Assembly: GCA_040752415.1 (NCBI GenBank)
Contig: JBFMGU010000194.1
Coordinates: forward strand, 1 to 20,446
DNA length: 20,446 bases
From: Myxococcota bacterium
Lineage (GTDB): Bacteria; Myxococcota; JACRCW01
Direction: 5' to 3'
Shown here: positions 1 to 7,928 of the stretch, in pieces
How the letters are laid out: each line of letters begins with the position of its first letter
How positions within the stretch are numbered: position 1 is the first letter of the stretch
The notes under the pieces: generated by a model
Database searches by the model: none
Seen by the model: only the letters and a program-made list of their open reading frames with translations
Told to the model about the DNA's origin: nothing
Translations under genes and position numbers: made by a program

Positions 1-176
1 AGCGTCGAGCGGTTTGGACAACCGTCAAGGGTCCAAGCGCCGCGAGGCAGAGCCGCGCCCGACGTCATTGAGCCCCAGGGCTGTTCGGCCCGTTGTGAAC
101 GCGCTGGGCGCTGGCCAGGGCGGCGAGGGCCCGCCGCACTCCAGGTCGTGGTCCGCTGGAGGCGGTCAGGACCAGA

Positions 177-256
177 TGGGCAACTTATCTTGACGCAGCC
201 CCTTAGGTGGTCGCCCGCCTCGCCGACGTGGGCAGATCATATTCTGACGCAGCCCC
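177..256 (+). repeat. Imperfect direct repeat pair TGGGCA-N8/10-TGACGCAGCCCC
   Basis: tgggcaacttatcttgacgcagcccc (177-202) and tgggcagatcatattctgacgcagcccc (229-256). The identical 12-nt cores at 191-202 and 245-256 are 54 nt apart, in non-coding sequence. Confidence 0.6.
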
Positions 257-292
257 GAGTCTCCCGGTTCCTTGCCGCAGCCGAGGCAGCCT

Positions 293-919
293 TCACGTCG
301 GTGAAACGCTCGGTCCCTTCCATCCCGCGGGCCGGTGCCTCGGAAGGAACATCCACTGCAACAGCATTCCTCCGACGAGCGCACGCACCGTGGTGATGGC
401 GCCGCTACCTAACGCGACCAGCGTGCTCCCGGAGGTCCACAGGCCCTCCCCCAACAGTGCCCGGATCGGCACCAGGGCAAAGTTCGACACCGCAAGCCCG
501 ACGAGCCACCACGCTGCGCGGGTCGTGGATTGACGCAACACCAGCCATTCGCCCGTACCCGCAAGCGTTACCACCAGCGACCAGGTCAGCATGAAGCCCG
601 CTCCGCCCGACGTTCCCTCCGCGCCATCCGCCGCCACCAACAATCCCCACACCGTCGCCGTCACGATGCCGCCGAGCACGTTGGCAGGAATCCACCATCC
701 CGCGCGCGCAATCCAGGTGCGCAGGATGAACCACTCCGCAGGTACCAACAGCAGGGACCACACCATCCGCCACGGGACCTCCGTGAGCGAGTGCTGCAAC
801 GCGCTGACCAGCAGGTGCGCCACCACCCACGGCACCACAATGGAACGCGCCTTCGGCGGGGGTTTCACCACGACGTCAAACGGGGCCGCGGACGTGACCG
901 GTGAAGCGGGTCGTTCCAT
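293..919 (-). CDS. Hypothetical multi-pass membrane protein (~208 aa)
   Basis: Several hydrophobic segments and a repeated motif: EWFILRTWIARAGWW / EWLVLRQSTTRAAWW / QWMFL. Start taken at ATG 919 (MERPAS); the ORF track extends it to 952. Confidence 0.7.
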   Translation of the reverse strand: MERPASPVTSAAPFDVVVKPPPKARSIVVPWVVAHLLVSALQHSLTEVPWRMVWSLLLVPAEWFILRTWIARAGWWIPANVLGGIVTATVWGLLVAADGAEGTSGGAGFMLTWSLVVTLAGTGEWLVLRQSTTRAAWWLVGLAVSNFALVPIRALLGEGLWTSGSTLVALGSGAITTVRALVGGMLLQWMFLPRHRPAGWKGPSVSPT

Positions 920-998
920 GCGCGCGGATGTTGCTCCCGTCCACGGCGACACTCAAGCCGTGACGCCCGTCCCCCCACCCGCTATCACTCGCGCCCTG

Positions 999-1427
999 AT
1001 GAACGTGATCTTCACCCCACCCGCCGGCCCACCGCAGGGCGCGGCCCCCAGTCGGGAAATCTTCGCGCGCATGGGAGAGGAGAACATCTTCCGCATGTGT
1101 CGCGACTTCTACGCGCGCCTGGAGCAGTCCCCCATCCGCGCCATGTTCCCCGAGGACATGGCCAAGGCCAGTGAGAAGCTCGCGGCGTTCCTCGTCGGAC
1201 TGACGGGAGGACCGCCGCTGTACCACCAGCGTCACGGTGAGCCGCGCATGCGCGCCCGCCACCTGCCCTTCCCCATCGACGAGAACGCGCGCCGCATCTG
1301 GTTCGAGTCGTTCCGCGAGACGCTGCAGGACGCCGAGCAGAAATACGCCTTCCCGCCCGAGCACCTCCCCGGCTTCATCACCTTCCTGGACCGCTTCTCG
1401 GCGTGGATGGTGAACCGCGCGGGATGA
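999..1427 (+). CDS. Group II (trHbO-type) truncated 2/2 hemoglobin (~142 aa)
   Basis: Motifs DFY (B9-B10), AMFPED, LTGGPPLY, HGEPRMRARH (proximal His F8), LPFPID and RIW (G8 Trp). Start at ATG 999; the 591 extension overlaps the opposite-strand membrane gene. Confidence 0.9.
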   Translation: MNVIFTPPAGPPQGAAPSREIFARMGEENIFRMCRDFYARLEQSPIRAMFPEDMAKASEKLAAFLVGLTGGPPLYHQRHGEPRMRARHLPFPIDENARRIWFESFRETLQDAEQKYAFPPEHLPGFITFLDRFSAWMVNRAG

Positions 1428-1467
1428 CGTCGACGTCAGCGGGAGCGCTGGCGCGTGTCCGGGTCTT

Positions 1468-1476
1468 TGTTAAGGT
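1468..1476 (+). promoter_or_regulatory. Candidate extended -10 element (TGtTAAGGT) ahead of the ABC1 kinase gene
   Basis: Matches TGnTAnnnT in an AT-richer patch 11 nt before ATG 1488. No SD is seen, consistent with a very short leader. Confidence 0.3.
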
Positions 1477-1487
1477 TCCCGGCACCC

Positions 1488-2834
1488 ATGGCCCCCCGCA
1501 AGGAAGACCCCGCCCCCGAAGCCCCCGCCCCGACGGAGAACACCACGCCCGGCGGCGGGAGGTTCAGCCGCTTTGCCAAGCTGGGCACGCTCACCGCGGG
1601 CACCGCCGCGCGCCACCTCACGCAGAAGGTCATGTCCACGTTCCAGAACGCTCAGACCGCGGAGGAACGTGAGAAGGCCGCCCTGGAGAAGACCGCGCGC
1701 CAGATGGTCAAGACGCTGGGTGAGCTCAAGGGCGCGGCCATGAAGGTGGGGCAGATGCTCACCACCGACCCCGAGCTCCCGCCGGAGATGCTGCAGATCC
1801 TCAGCACGCTGCAGTCCAGCGCACCCGCCATGTCGTCGGAGATGGTGCGCCGCGTGGTGGCGGAGGCGCTGGGCGGAAAGCTGGAGGACCACTTCACCGA
1901 GTTCCATGACGTCCCCCTCGGCGCCGCCAGCATTGGCCAGGTGCACCGCGCCACCACGCGCGAGGGCCAAGCGGTGGCAGTGAAGGTGCAATATCCCGGC
2001 ATCGCGGAAACCATCCGTCATGACATGCGGAACCTGGACGCGGTGATGAACGTGGCGCGCGCCATGCTGCCCAGGGAGCGCGTGGATGCGTACCTGGAAG
2101 AGCTCACCGTGGTGCTGGACCGTGAGAGCGACTACGTCCAGGAAGCCCAGCACATGGTGCGTTACGGCGAGCTGCTGCGTCGGATGCACGGCGTGCGCGC
2201 CCCGGAGCCGGTGGTGTCCCTGACGCGCACCAACGTGCTGACCATGGAGTTCGTGGAGGGCGTGCGGCTGCAGGATTGGCTGGGCACCGCGTCAGCGGAG
2301 GCCGCGCGGGACATGGGCCTGCGCCTGCTGCGCGTGCACGTGGACATGCTCTACCGCCACCACCTTCTGCACGCGGACCCGCATCCCGGCAACTTCCTCG
2401 TAGACACGGCGGGGAACCTGGTGGTGTTGGACTTTGGCTGCGTGCGCGAATACGAGCCCGCGTTCGTCGACGACATGGTCCGCCTGCTGCTGGCGCTGTG
2501 GCGGCATGACCTGGACGAGCTGCAGGCGGCGTGGCGCACGCTGAAGTTCATCGACAACGGCGTGGACCCGGATCTGGTCTATGAGTGGTTCAACCTGATC
2601 CTGGCGCCGCTGGTGCACAACGGGGAGTTCGACTTCCGCGCCTGGAAGGTCCGCGACGACGTCATGGCGTTCGTGATGGCCAACCCGCGCATCAAGCTCT
2701 TTGCGCCCCCGCGCGAGATGCTGTTCTACATGCGGGTCGTGACAGGCTTGCGCGGGGTGCTGGCGCAGGCGGGCGTCACGGCGAACCTGCGTCGCTGGGC
2801 GCGCGAGGTGGCGGAGCTCCGCGGCCTGGTGTGA
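1488..2834 (+). CDS. ABC1/AarF/UbiB family atypical protein kinase (~448 aa)
   Basis: LKGAAMKVGQ (KxGQ motif), AASIGQVHRA, VAVKVQYPG, LTMEFVEG, HADPHPGN, LDFG. Confidence 0.93.
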   Translation: MAPRKEDPAPEAPAPTENTTPGGGRFSRFAKLGTLTAGTAARHLTQKVMSTFQNAQTAEEREKAALEKTARQMVKTLGELKGAAMKVGQMLTTDPELPPEMLQILSTLQSSAPAMSSEMVRRVVAEALGGKLEDHFTEFHDVPLGAASIGQVHRATTREGQAVAVKVQYPGIAETIRHDMRNLDAVMNVARAMLPRERVDAYLEELTVVLDRESDYVQEAQHMVRYGELLRRMHGVRAPEPVVSLTRTNVLTMEFVEGVRLQDWLGTASAEAARDMGLRLLRVHVDMLYRHHLLHADPHPGNFLVDTAGNLVVLDFGCVREYEPAFVDDMVRLLLALWRHDLDELQAAWRTLKFIDNGVDPDLVYEWFNLILAPLVHNGEFDFRAWKVRDDVMAFVMANPRIKLFAPPREMLFYMRVVTGLRGVLAQAGVTANLRRWAREVAELRGLV

Positions 2835-2844
2835 GTGCGCGCGC

Positions 2845-3867
2845 TCACCAGGGCTGGCGCACGGCAATGAAGTTGTACGGATAGCCCCAGTCCGGCTTGG
2901 AAGCGTCGGTGAGCGCGGTGAGGTCCTCGGCGTCCAGCTTGAGGTCCAGCGCCTGGAGGTTGTCATCCAGCTGCTTCAGGTCGCGCGCCCCGACGATGAT
3001 GGTGCTCATCCCCTGTTGCGCCAGCAGCCACGCCAGCGACACCGCCGCGGAGGAGCTGTTGTGTTTCCTGGCCACGCGCCCCACCACCTCCAGCAGGTTC
3101 CAGTTGCGCTCCGTGTCCAGGCTCTTGAAGCTGTCCTGCCACGACTCCAGGCGCGTTCCCGGCGGCGGCTTCTGACCGCGCTGGTACTTCCCGCTGAGGA
3201 ACCCGCGCGCCAGCGGCGACCACACCATGGTGCCCAGCCCAAAGGCGCGACACGCGGGAATGACCTCGCGCTCGGCGTCGCGGACCACCAGGGACCACTG
3301 CAGCTGCACGGAGGCATAGGCGTGTGTGTTGCGCTTCTCCGCCGCCCACAACGACTCCACCAGCCGGTATCCCGTGTAGTTGGAGCAGCCCAGGTAGCGG
3401 ACCTTGCCCTGACGCACGAGGTCATCCAGCGCGCGCAGCGTCTCCTCGATGGGCACGGTCACGTCCTGCATGTGCACCTGGTAGAGGTCCACGTAGTCCG
3501 TCTTGAGACGACGCAGCGAGTCCTCGCACGCTTGCAGGATGTGCTTCCGGGAAAGTCCCTGGTCATGGGGTCCCACGGGGCGCGTCCCAAAGCCGATGGG
3601 AAAGCGGCACTTGGTGGCAATCAGCACGTCGTGGCGTTTGCCCTTGAGCCATTCTCCCAGCAGCTCCTCGCTCCGTCCCTCGCTGTAGACGTTCGCGGTG
3701 TCCACCAGGTTCACGCCGCGCTCCAGGGAGCGGTCCAAGACGCGTCGCGCCTCGTCGTCGGGAGAGGTGACGCCCTTCATGAATGACGCGGACTCCCCGA
3801 AGGTCATGGCCCCCAGGCTCATCACCGAGACCCGCAATCCGCTTCTTCCCAGGTTCCTCAGCTCCAT
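2845..3867 (-). CDS. Aldo/keto reductase (~340 aa)
   Basis: RNLGRSGLRVS, DTANVY, ATK, SLRRLKTDYVDLYQVH, GKVRYLGCSN, WSPLARGFLSGKY. The D/Y/K/H catalytic tetrad is present. SD GAGGAGG precedes ATG 3867. Confidence 0.95.
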   Translation of the reverse strand: MELRNLGRSGLRVSVMSLGAMTFGESASFMKGVTSPDDEARRVLDRSLERGVNLVDTANVYSEGRSEELLGEWLKGKRHDVLIATKCRFPIGFGTRPVGPHDQGLSRKHILQACEDSLRRLKTDYVDLYQVHMQDVTVPIEETLRALDDLVRQGKVRYLGCSNYTGYRLVESLWAAEKRNTHAYASVQLQWSLVVRDAEREVIPACRAFGLGTMVWSPLARGFLSGKYQRGQKPPPGTRLESWQDSFKSLDTERNWNLLEVVGRVARKHNSSSAAVSLAWLLAQQGMSTIIVGARDLKQLDDNLQALDLKLDAEDLTALTDASKPDWGYPYNFIAVRQPW

Positions 3868-4001
3868 GGTTCCTCCTCGTGCGCGGCAGGCTACGCGATA
3901 CCGGGTGCTCCGGCGATCCATTCCCGCGCCGGCAGCAGTTGGCACCTGCCGCTAAGCTTGGGTGTTGCCTTCCCATTCATTTCCCCCCAGGAGGGCTCGC
4001 C

Positions 4002-7000
4002 ATGAAGAAAGCGGCGAGCGCGGCGTTCGTGATCACGGCCGCAGTGCTCTTCATCTCGATGATCGCGGTCTTCCCCTTGCGCAACATCCAGGCGCAGAGC
4101 ACGCCGGCGCCGCCCGTCTTCAGTGTCGAGCGCGGCTTCTACCAGGAGCCCTTCCAGGTCACGCTGAGCAGCCCTACGCCCTCCGTCACCATCCGATACA
4201 CCACCGACGGCTCCGCCCCCAGCGCCGACGACGGCCGGGAATACGACGGACCCATCACCATTGACACCACCACGCCGCTGCGCGCGGTGGCGGTGCTCAA
4301 TGACACCCCTTCCGCGGTGGTGACGCACACGTACATCTTCCTGGATGACGTGCTCCGCCAACCCAACAATCCCCCCGGCTATCCGCCGCTCTTCTCCGAC
4401 GACGACGGCGACGGTCCCTACCCCGCGGACTACGAGATGGACCCGGAGGTGGTGGGGCCCTACCGCGCGGAGATGCCGGAGGCCATGACCGCCATTCCCA
4501 CGTTGAGCGTCGTCACCGACGTCGACAACCTCTTCGATGAGCGGCGTGGCATCTATTACAACGCCACCGAGAAGGGCGCGGAGTGGGAGCGCCAGGTCAG
4601 CGCGGAGCTCATCTTTGCCGACGGGACGCCGGGCTTTGCCGTCAACGCCGGAGCACGCATCCACGGGCAGGGTTCCCGTCGACCGTACCGCACGCCCAAG
4701 AAGAGCTTTCGTCTGTACTTCCGCGGGAACTACGGTACGCCCAACCTGGAGTACCCGGTCTTCGCCAGCTCTCCACCGCAGCTGTCCAACCAGGACGCGG
4801 TGCGCAAGTTCGATTGCCTGGTGGTGCGCAATGGCGGCAACCGGACCTGGCCGTACTTCTCGTCGGACCAGCGTACGGATGCGGACTACGTCAATGATGA
4901 GTTCGCCCGTATTGCCTACCGTGAGATGGGACACCTGGCGCCGCATGGCGGCTACTACGTGCACCTCTATCTCAACGGCCTCTACTGGGGCCTGTACAAC
5001 CTCGTCGAGCGCCTGGATGAGAACTTCCTTCCCACCTACCTGGATGGCGAGGAGACGGACTTCGACATGATCTTCCCCGACGAGGAAGCGGAGCCCAACT
5101 ACGCGCCCACGGCGATGGTGGGAACCATTGATGCCTGGAACCAGCTGCACGCACTGGTGGACTACGGCGGCCCCATCACCGACGAGATCTATGCCCAGGC
5201 GGAGCAGCGCGTGGATATGGCGGGCCTCGCGGACTACATCCTCCTCACCCACTACGTGGCCAACACGGACTGGCCGGAGCACAACTGGTACGCGTACCGC
5301 CACCGCAGCGGCCCGGACACCCGCTTCCGGTTCATCACCTGGGACAATGACACCGGCCTGCGCAGCGTGGATGCGGACATCACCGAGAACGACGAGGACG
5401 GGAGCCCCGCGCGCCTCTTCCACCGGCTCACTGGCCACCCGCGGTTCCGCGCGCTGGTCAGCGACCGCGTGGCCCTGCACACCACCGGCACCGGCCCGCT
5501 CACGCCCGCCGCCTGCAAGGCGCGTTATGAGACGCTCACCAACATCGTCGATCGCGCGGTGATCGGTGAGTCGGCGCGCTGGGGCGACTACTCCCGCGAC
5601 GTCTATTACATGTGGTCACGCGCGGACCAGGCGCTGCCGGCCTACCTCTACACCCGCGACGACTTCTGGGAGCCGCAGGTGACGGAGAAGCTGCAGGAGT
5701 ACTGCCCCGGCCGCACCGCGGAGCTGTGGGACCAGTACGAGGAGCACGGCTGGTACGTGCCCGGACTGCTGGCGCCGGATTTCTCGCAGATTGGCGGCGC
5801 AGTGCCCCACGAGTTCGAGCTGCGCATCACCAACCCCAACCGGGACCGCCTGGGTGACATCTACTTCACCACCGACGGCTCCGACCCGCGCGCTTCCGAC
5901 GGTGGCCTCTCCTCCACGGCGCAGGACGGCAATGACCGCGCGGACGTGGTGATCAGCGACTTCACCGTGGTGAGCGCGCGCGTGCTCAACGGCACGGAGT
6001 GGAGCACGCTGTCCCGCGCCACGTTCTACACGCCGCAGGACTACAGCCGCGTGGTCATCAACGAGGTGCACTATTCTCCGGTCGCCCCGACGGGCGTGGA
6101 CCCGAAGACGCTGGAGTTCGTGGAGCTACACAACCGCGGCACGCGCACCATGCGCATGGACGGCGCCTTCTTCAGCCAGGGGATCTCGTACACCTTCCCG
6201 CCGGAGACGCCGTTGCGCGGCGGCGAGTACCTGGTGTTGGCCAGCGACCCCGTGGCCTTTGAGAGCCACTACGGCTTCGCTCCGTTTGACCGCTACGACG
6301 GCCAGCTCTCCAACGGCGGAGAGACCCTGGAGCTGTTGAGCGCGGTGGGTGAGCTCATTGACCGCGTGACCTACGGGACCCTCACACCGTGGCCCATGGA
6401 GCCCGACGGGCGCGGGCCCACCCTGGAGCTCATTGCACCCGACCTGGACAACGGTGAGGGCCAGAGCTGGCAGGCCTCCGTCCCAGAAGGTGGCACGCCC
6501 GGCGCGGCCAACTCCGTGCGCAACACGGGCGGGAGCTCCAGCTCCTCCAGCTCCAGCTCTTCCTCCTCGTCGTCGTCATCCTCCTCGTCGTCCTCGTCCT
6601 CGTCGTCGTCGTCATCCTCTTCCTCCAGCTCCAGCAGCAGCTCGTCTTCGTCCTCCAGCTCCAGCAGCTCGTCTTCGTCGTCTTCCTCCAGCAGCAGCTC
6701 GTCCTCGTCGTCCTCCAGTTCCGCGTCCAGTTCGACGTCCTCCTCCTCGTCGGGCGGGGCCTCGTCCTCCACCAGCTCGTCTTCCACCTCGTCGTCGAGC
6801 GTCTTGTCCAGCACATCGTCGTCCTCGAGCGCTTCCTCCTCCAGCGGCGCGCCGGTCTCCTCGACGTCGCGGGGCGGCACCTCTTCCTCGTCCTCGTCGT
6901 CCGGTGGCGGCGGTCGCTCCCTGGGGAACAACACCTCCGACGACGCGCCAGGCATGACGGACCCCGAGCCGTTGGGGTGCAACTGCGGCATCGGCGGTGA

Positions 7001-7070
7001 CACCCCGTCGGTGCTCATGTTCCTCACCGGGCTGGTGGCCTTGGGCTCCCGACGACGGCGTCGGTCCTGA
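4002..7070 (+). CDS. Secreted CotH-family kinase with FN3-associated/chitobiase-C-like domains, lamin-tail domain, poly-Ser linker and MYXO-CTERM tail (~1022 aa)
   Basis: SD AGGAGG before ATG 4002. Signal peptide MKKAASAAFVITAAVLF. IRYTTDGSAP and IYFTTDGSDP (FN3-associated). PKKSFRLYF, YLNGLYWGLYNLVER, NTDWPEHNWY and FITWDND (CotH). VVINEVHY...EFVELHN...LSNGGETLEL (lamin tail). Ends GCNC + hydrophobic helix + RRRRR. Confidence 0.88.
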   Translation: MKKAASAAFVITAAVLFISMIAVFPLRNIQAQSTPAPPVFSVERGFYQEPFQVTLSSPTPSVTIRYTTDGSAPSADDGREYDGPITIDTTTPLRAVAVLNDTPSAVVTHTYIFLDDVLRQPNNPPGYPPLFSDDDGDGPYPADYEMDPEVVGPYRAEMPEAMTAIPTLSVVTDVDNLFDERRGIYYNATEKGAEWERQVSAELIFADGTPGFAVNAGARIHGQGSRRPYRTPKKSFRLYFRGNYGTPNLEYPVFASSPPQLSNQDAVRKFDCLVVRNGGNRTWPYFSSDQRTDADYVNDEFARIAYREMGHLAPHGGYYVHLYLNGLYWGLYNLVERLDENFLPTYLDGEETDFDMIFPDEEAEPNYAPTAMVGTIDAWNQLHALVDYGGPITDEIYAQAEQRVDMAGLADYILLTHYVANTDWPEHNWYAYRHRSGPDTRFRFITWDNDTGLRSVDADITENDEDGSPARLFHRLTGHPRFRALVSDRVALHTTGTGPLTPAACKARYETLTNIVDRAVIGESARWGDYSRDVYYMWSRADQALPAYLYTRDDFWEPQVTEKLQEYCPGRTAELWDQYEEHGWYVPGLLAPDFSQIGGAVPHEFELRITNPNRDRLGDIYFTTDGSDPRASDGGLSSTAQDGNDRADVVISDFTVVSARVLNGTEWSTLSRATFYTPQDYSRVVINEVHYSPVAPTGVDPKTLEFVELHNRGTRTMRMDGAFFSQGISYTFPPETPLRGGEYLVLASDPVAFESHYGFAPFDRYDGQLSNGGETLELLSAVGELIDRVTYGTLTPWPMEPDGRGPTLELIAPDLDNGEGQSWQASVPEGGTPGAANSVRNTGGSSSSSSSSSSSSSSSSSSSSSSSSSSSSSSSSSSSSSSSSSSSSSSSSSSSSSSSSSSSSSSSASSSTSSSSSGGASSSTSSSSTSSSSVLSSTSSSSSASSSSGAPVSSTSRGGTSSSSSSSGGGGRSLGNNTSDDAPGMTDPEPLGCNCGIGGDTPSVLMFLTGLVALGSRRRRRS
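6534..6722 (+). repeat. Uninterrupted 63-codon poly-serine tract, start of a longer Ser/Gly/Thr linker running to ~6905
   Basis: 189 nt of consecutive Ser codons using all six Ser codons (AGC, AGT, TCC, TCG, TCT, TCA). Confidence 0.95.
6975..7070 (+). other. MYXO-CTERM-type C-terminal sorting signal
   Basis: GCNCGIGGDTPSVLMFLTGLVALGSRRRRRS: Gly-Cys motif, TM helix, Arg cluster. Confidence 0.8.
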
Positions 7071-7110
7071 CCGGTTGCCACGCGCGAGCATCCCGGACCA
7101 CGCTGGCCGC

Positions 7111-7581
7111 ATGACGCTTGTTGACGCCAACCAGCGCGTTCACGACGAGCTCCACGAAGCGCTCCTCCAGACCATGGAGCTGCTCACCGCGCTGGACGTT
7201 CCGGGCGCCCGGGCGCGCTGGCGCGCATTCACCACCGCCCTTTCCCGGCACATGGAGACGGAGGAGCGGGACGTGCTGCCTCCCTACGCGTCGCTGCCGC
7301 ACCACGAGCGGGGTGGCGCACCGGAGCACCTGAAGGGTGACCACACCGTCCTGTTGCGCAACAGCGCGGCATGCGAGGAGCGCCTGGCCAGCCTGGATCC
7401 GGCCAGCCCTTCGCTGCTTCGCGACGTGGTCCTGGCGTTGGACGTGTTCTTCCGCCTGCTCCACGTCATGGATCATCACACCGAGCGGGAGACGCTGCTC
7501 ATGTACCCGGCACTGGAGCGCGCGCTGCTGGCCGCGGACCTGCAGCGGATTGCCCGCGCGCTGGGTGAGCCGGTGGAATAG
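7111..7581 (+). CDS. Hemerythrin (HHE) domain protein (~156 aa)
   Basis: H..HxxxEE..H..HxxxE spacing: RVHDEL, RHMETEERDVLP, KGDH, HHTERETLLMYP. All-helical character. Confidence 0.85.
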   Translation: MTLVDANQRVHDELHEALLQTMELLTALDVPGARARWRAFTTALSRHMETEERDVLPPYASLPHHERGGAPEHLKGDHTVLLRNSAACEERLASLDPASPSLLRDVVLALDVFFRLLHVMDHHTERETLLMYPALERALLAADLQRIARALGEPVE

Positions 7582-7696
7582 GCAACGGCGCCCGGTGTGG
7601 ACGCCGTTGCCCGCTCACTCGCTGGTACGGTTCATCTTTCCGAACGCCACGGGCGCCCGTGGGGCATGAACTAACAGCTGGCACGCACACCGCAAG

Positions 7697-7798
7697 TCAG
7701 CGGTCCAGCTCGCGGCGCCGCTCCTCTTGCTTGTTCTCATGACGACGGGAAAACCACGCCGCCGCCGCGATGACTGCCACCAGGACGAGCCATTTCAT
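7697..7798 (-). CDS. Small single-TM protein, 33 aa (MKWLVLVAVIAAAAWFSRRHENKQEERRRELDR)
   Basis: ATG 7798 to TGA 7697. GC-rich third positions. N-terminal hydrophobic helix followed by a charged tail. Starts 31 nt after the GH44 stop on the same strand. No clear SD. Confidence 0.5.
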   Translation of the reverse strand: MKWLVLVAVIAAAAWFSRRHENKQEERRRELDR

Positions 7799-7829
7799 GG
7801 GCGCTGCATGCCATGGGGCACGCGGCGTT

Positions 7830-7928
7830 TCAACCGCGGCGCCCGCGACGGCGCACCATCAACCCCATCACGACGAGGAGCGCCGCGACGGACGTAGGAC
7901 CACGCCCCGGAATCACACACGCGCAACC
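7830..7928 (-). other. MYXO-CTERM-type C-terminal sorting signal
   Basis: GCACVIPGRGPTSVAALLVVMGLMVRRRGRRG. Confidence 0.8.

Noticed and set aside
3..15. 13-bp CGTCGAGCGGTTT also present at 20182-20194, as possible att-like direct repeats around the window
   Set aside because: A few 13-bp matches are expected by chance in 20 kb of GC-rich DNA. There is no integrase or tRNA, and the cargo looks chromosomal.
591..998. N-terminal extension of the globin ORF, and likewise extensions at 3783, 6997, 15247 and 17462
   Set aside because: They overlap neighbouring genes or lack coding character. Downstream ATGs fit SD sites or domain boundaries better.
1488..2834. Assigning the symbol ubiB
   Set aside because: Family motifs are clear, but there is no ubiE/ubiJ context, so orthology is unsupported.
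6371..7081. Asp/Glu-rich 236-aa ORF, and the similar 7813-8460 ORF
   Set aside because: They are simply the antisense reading of the poly-Ser linkers.
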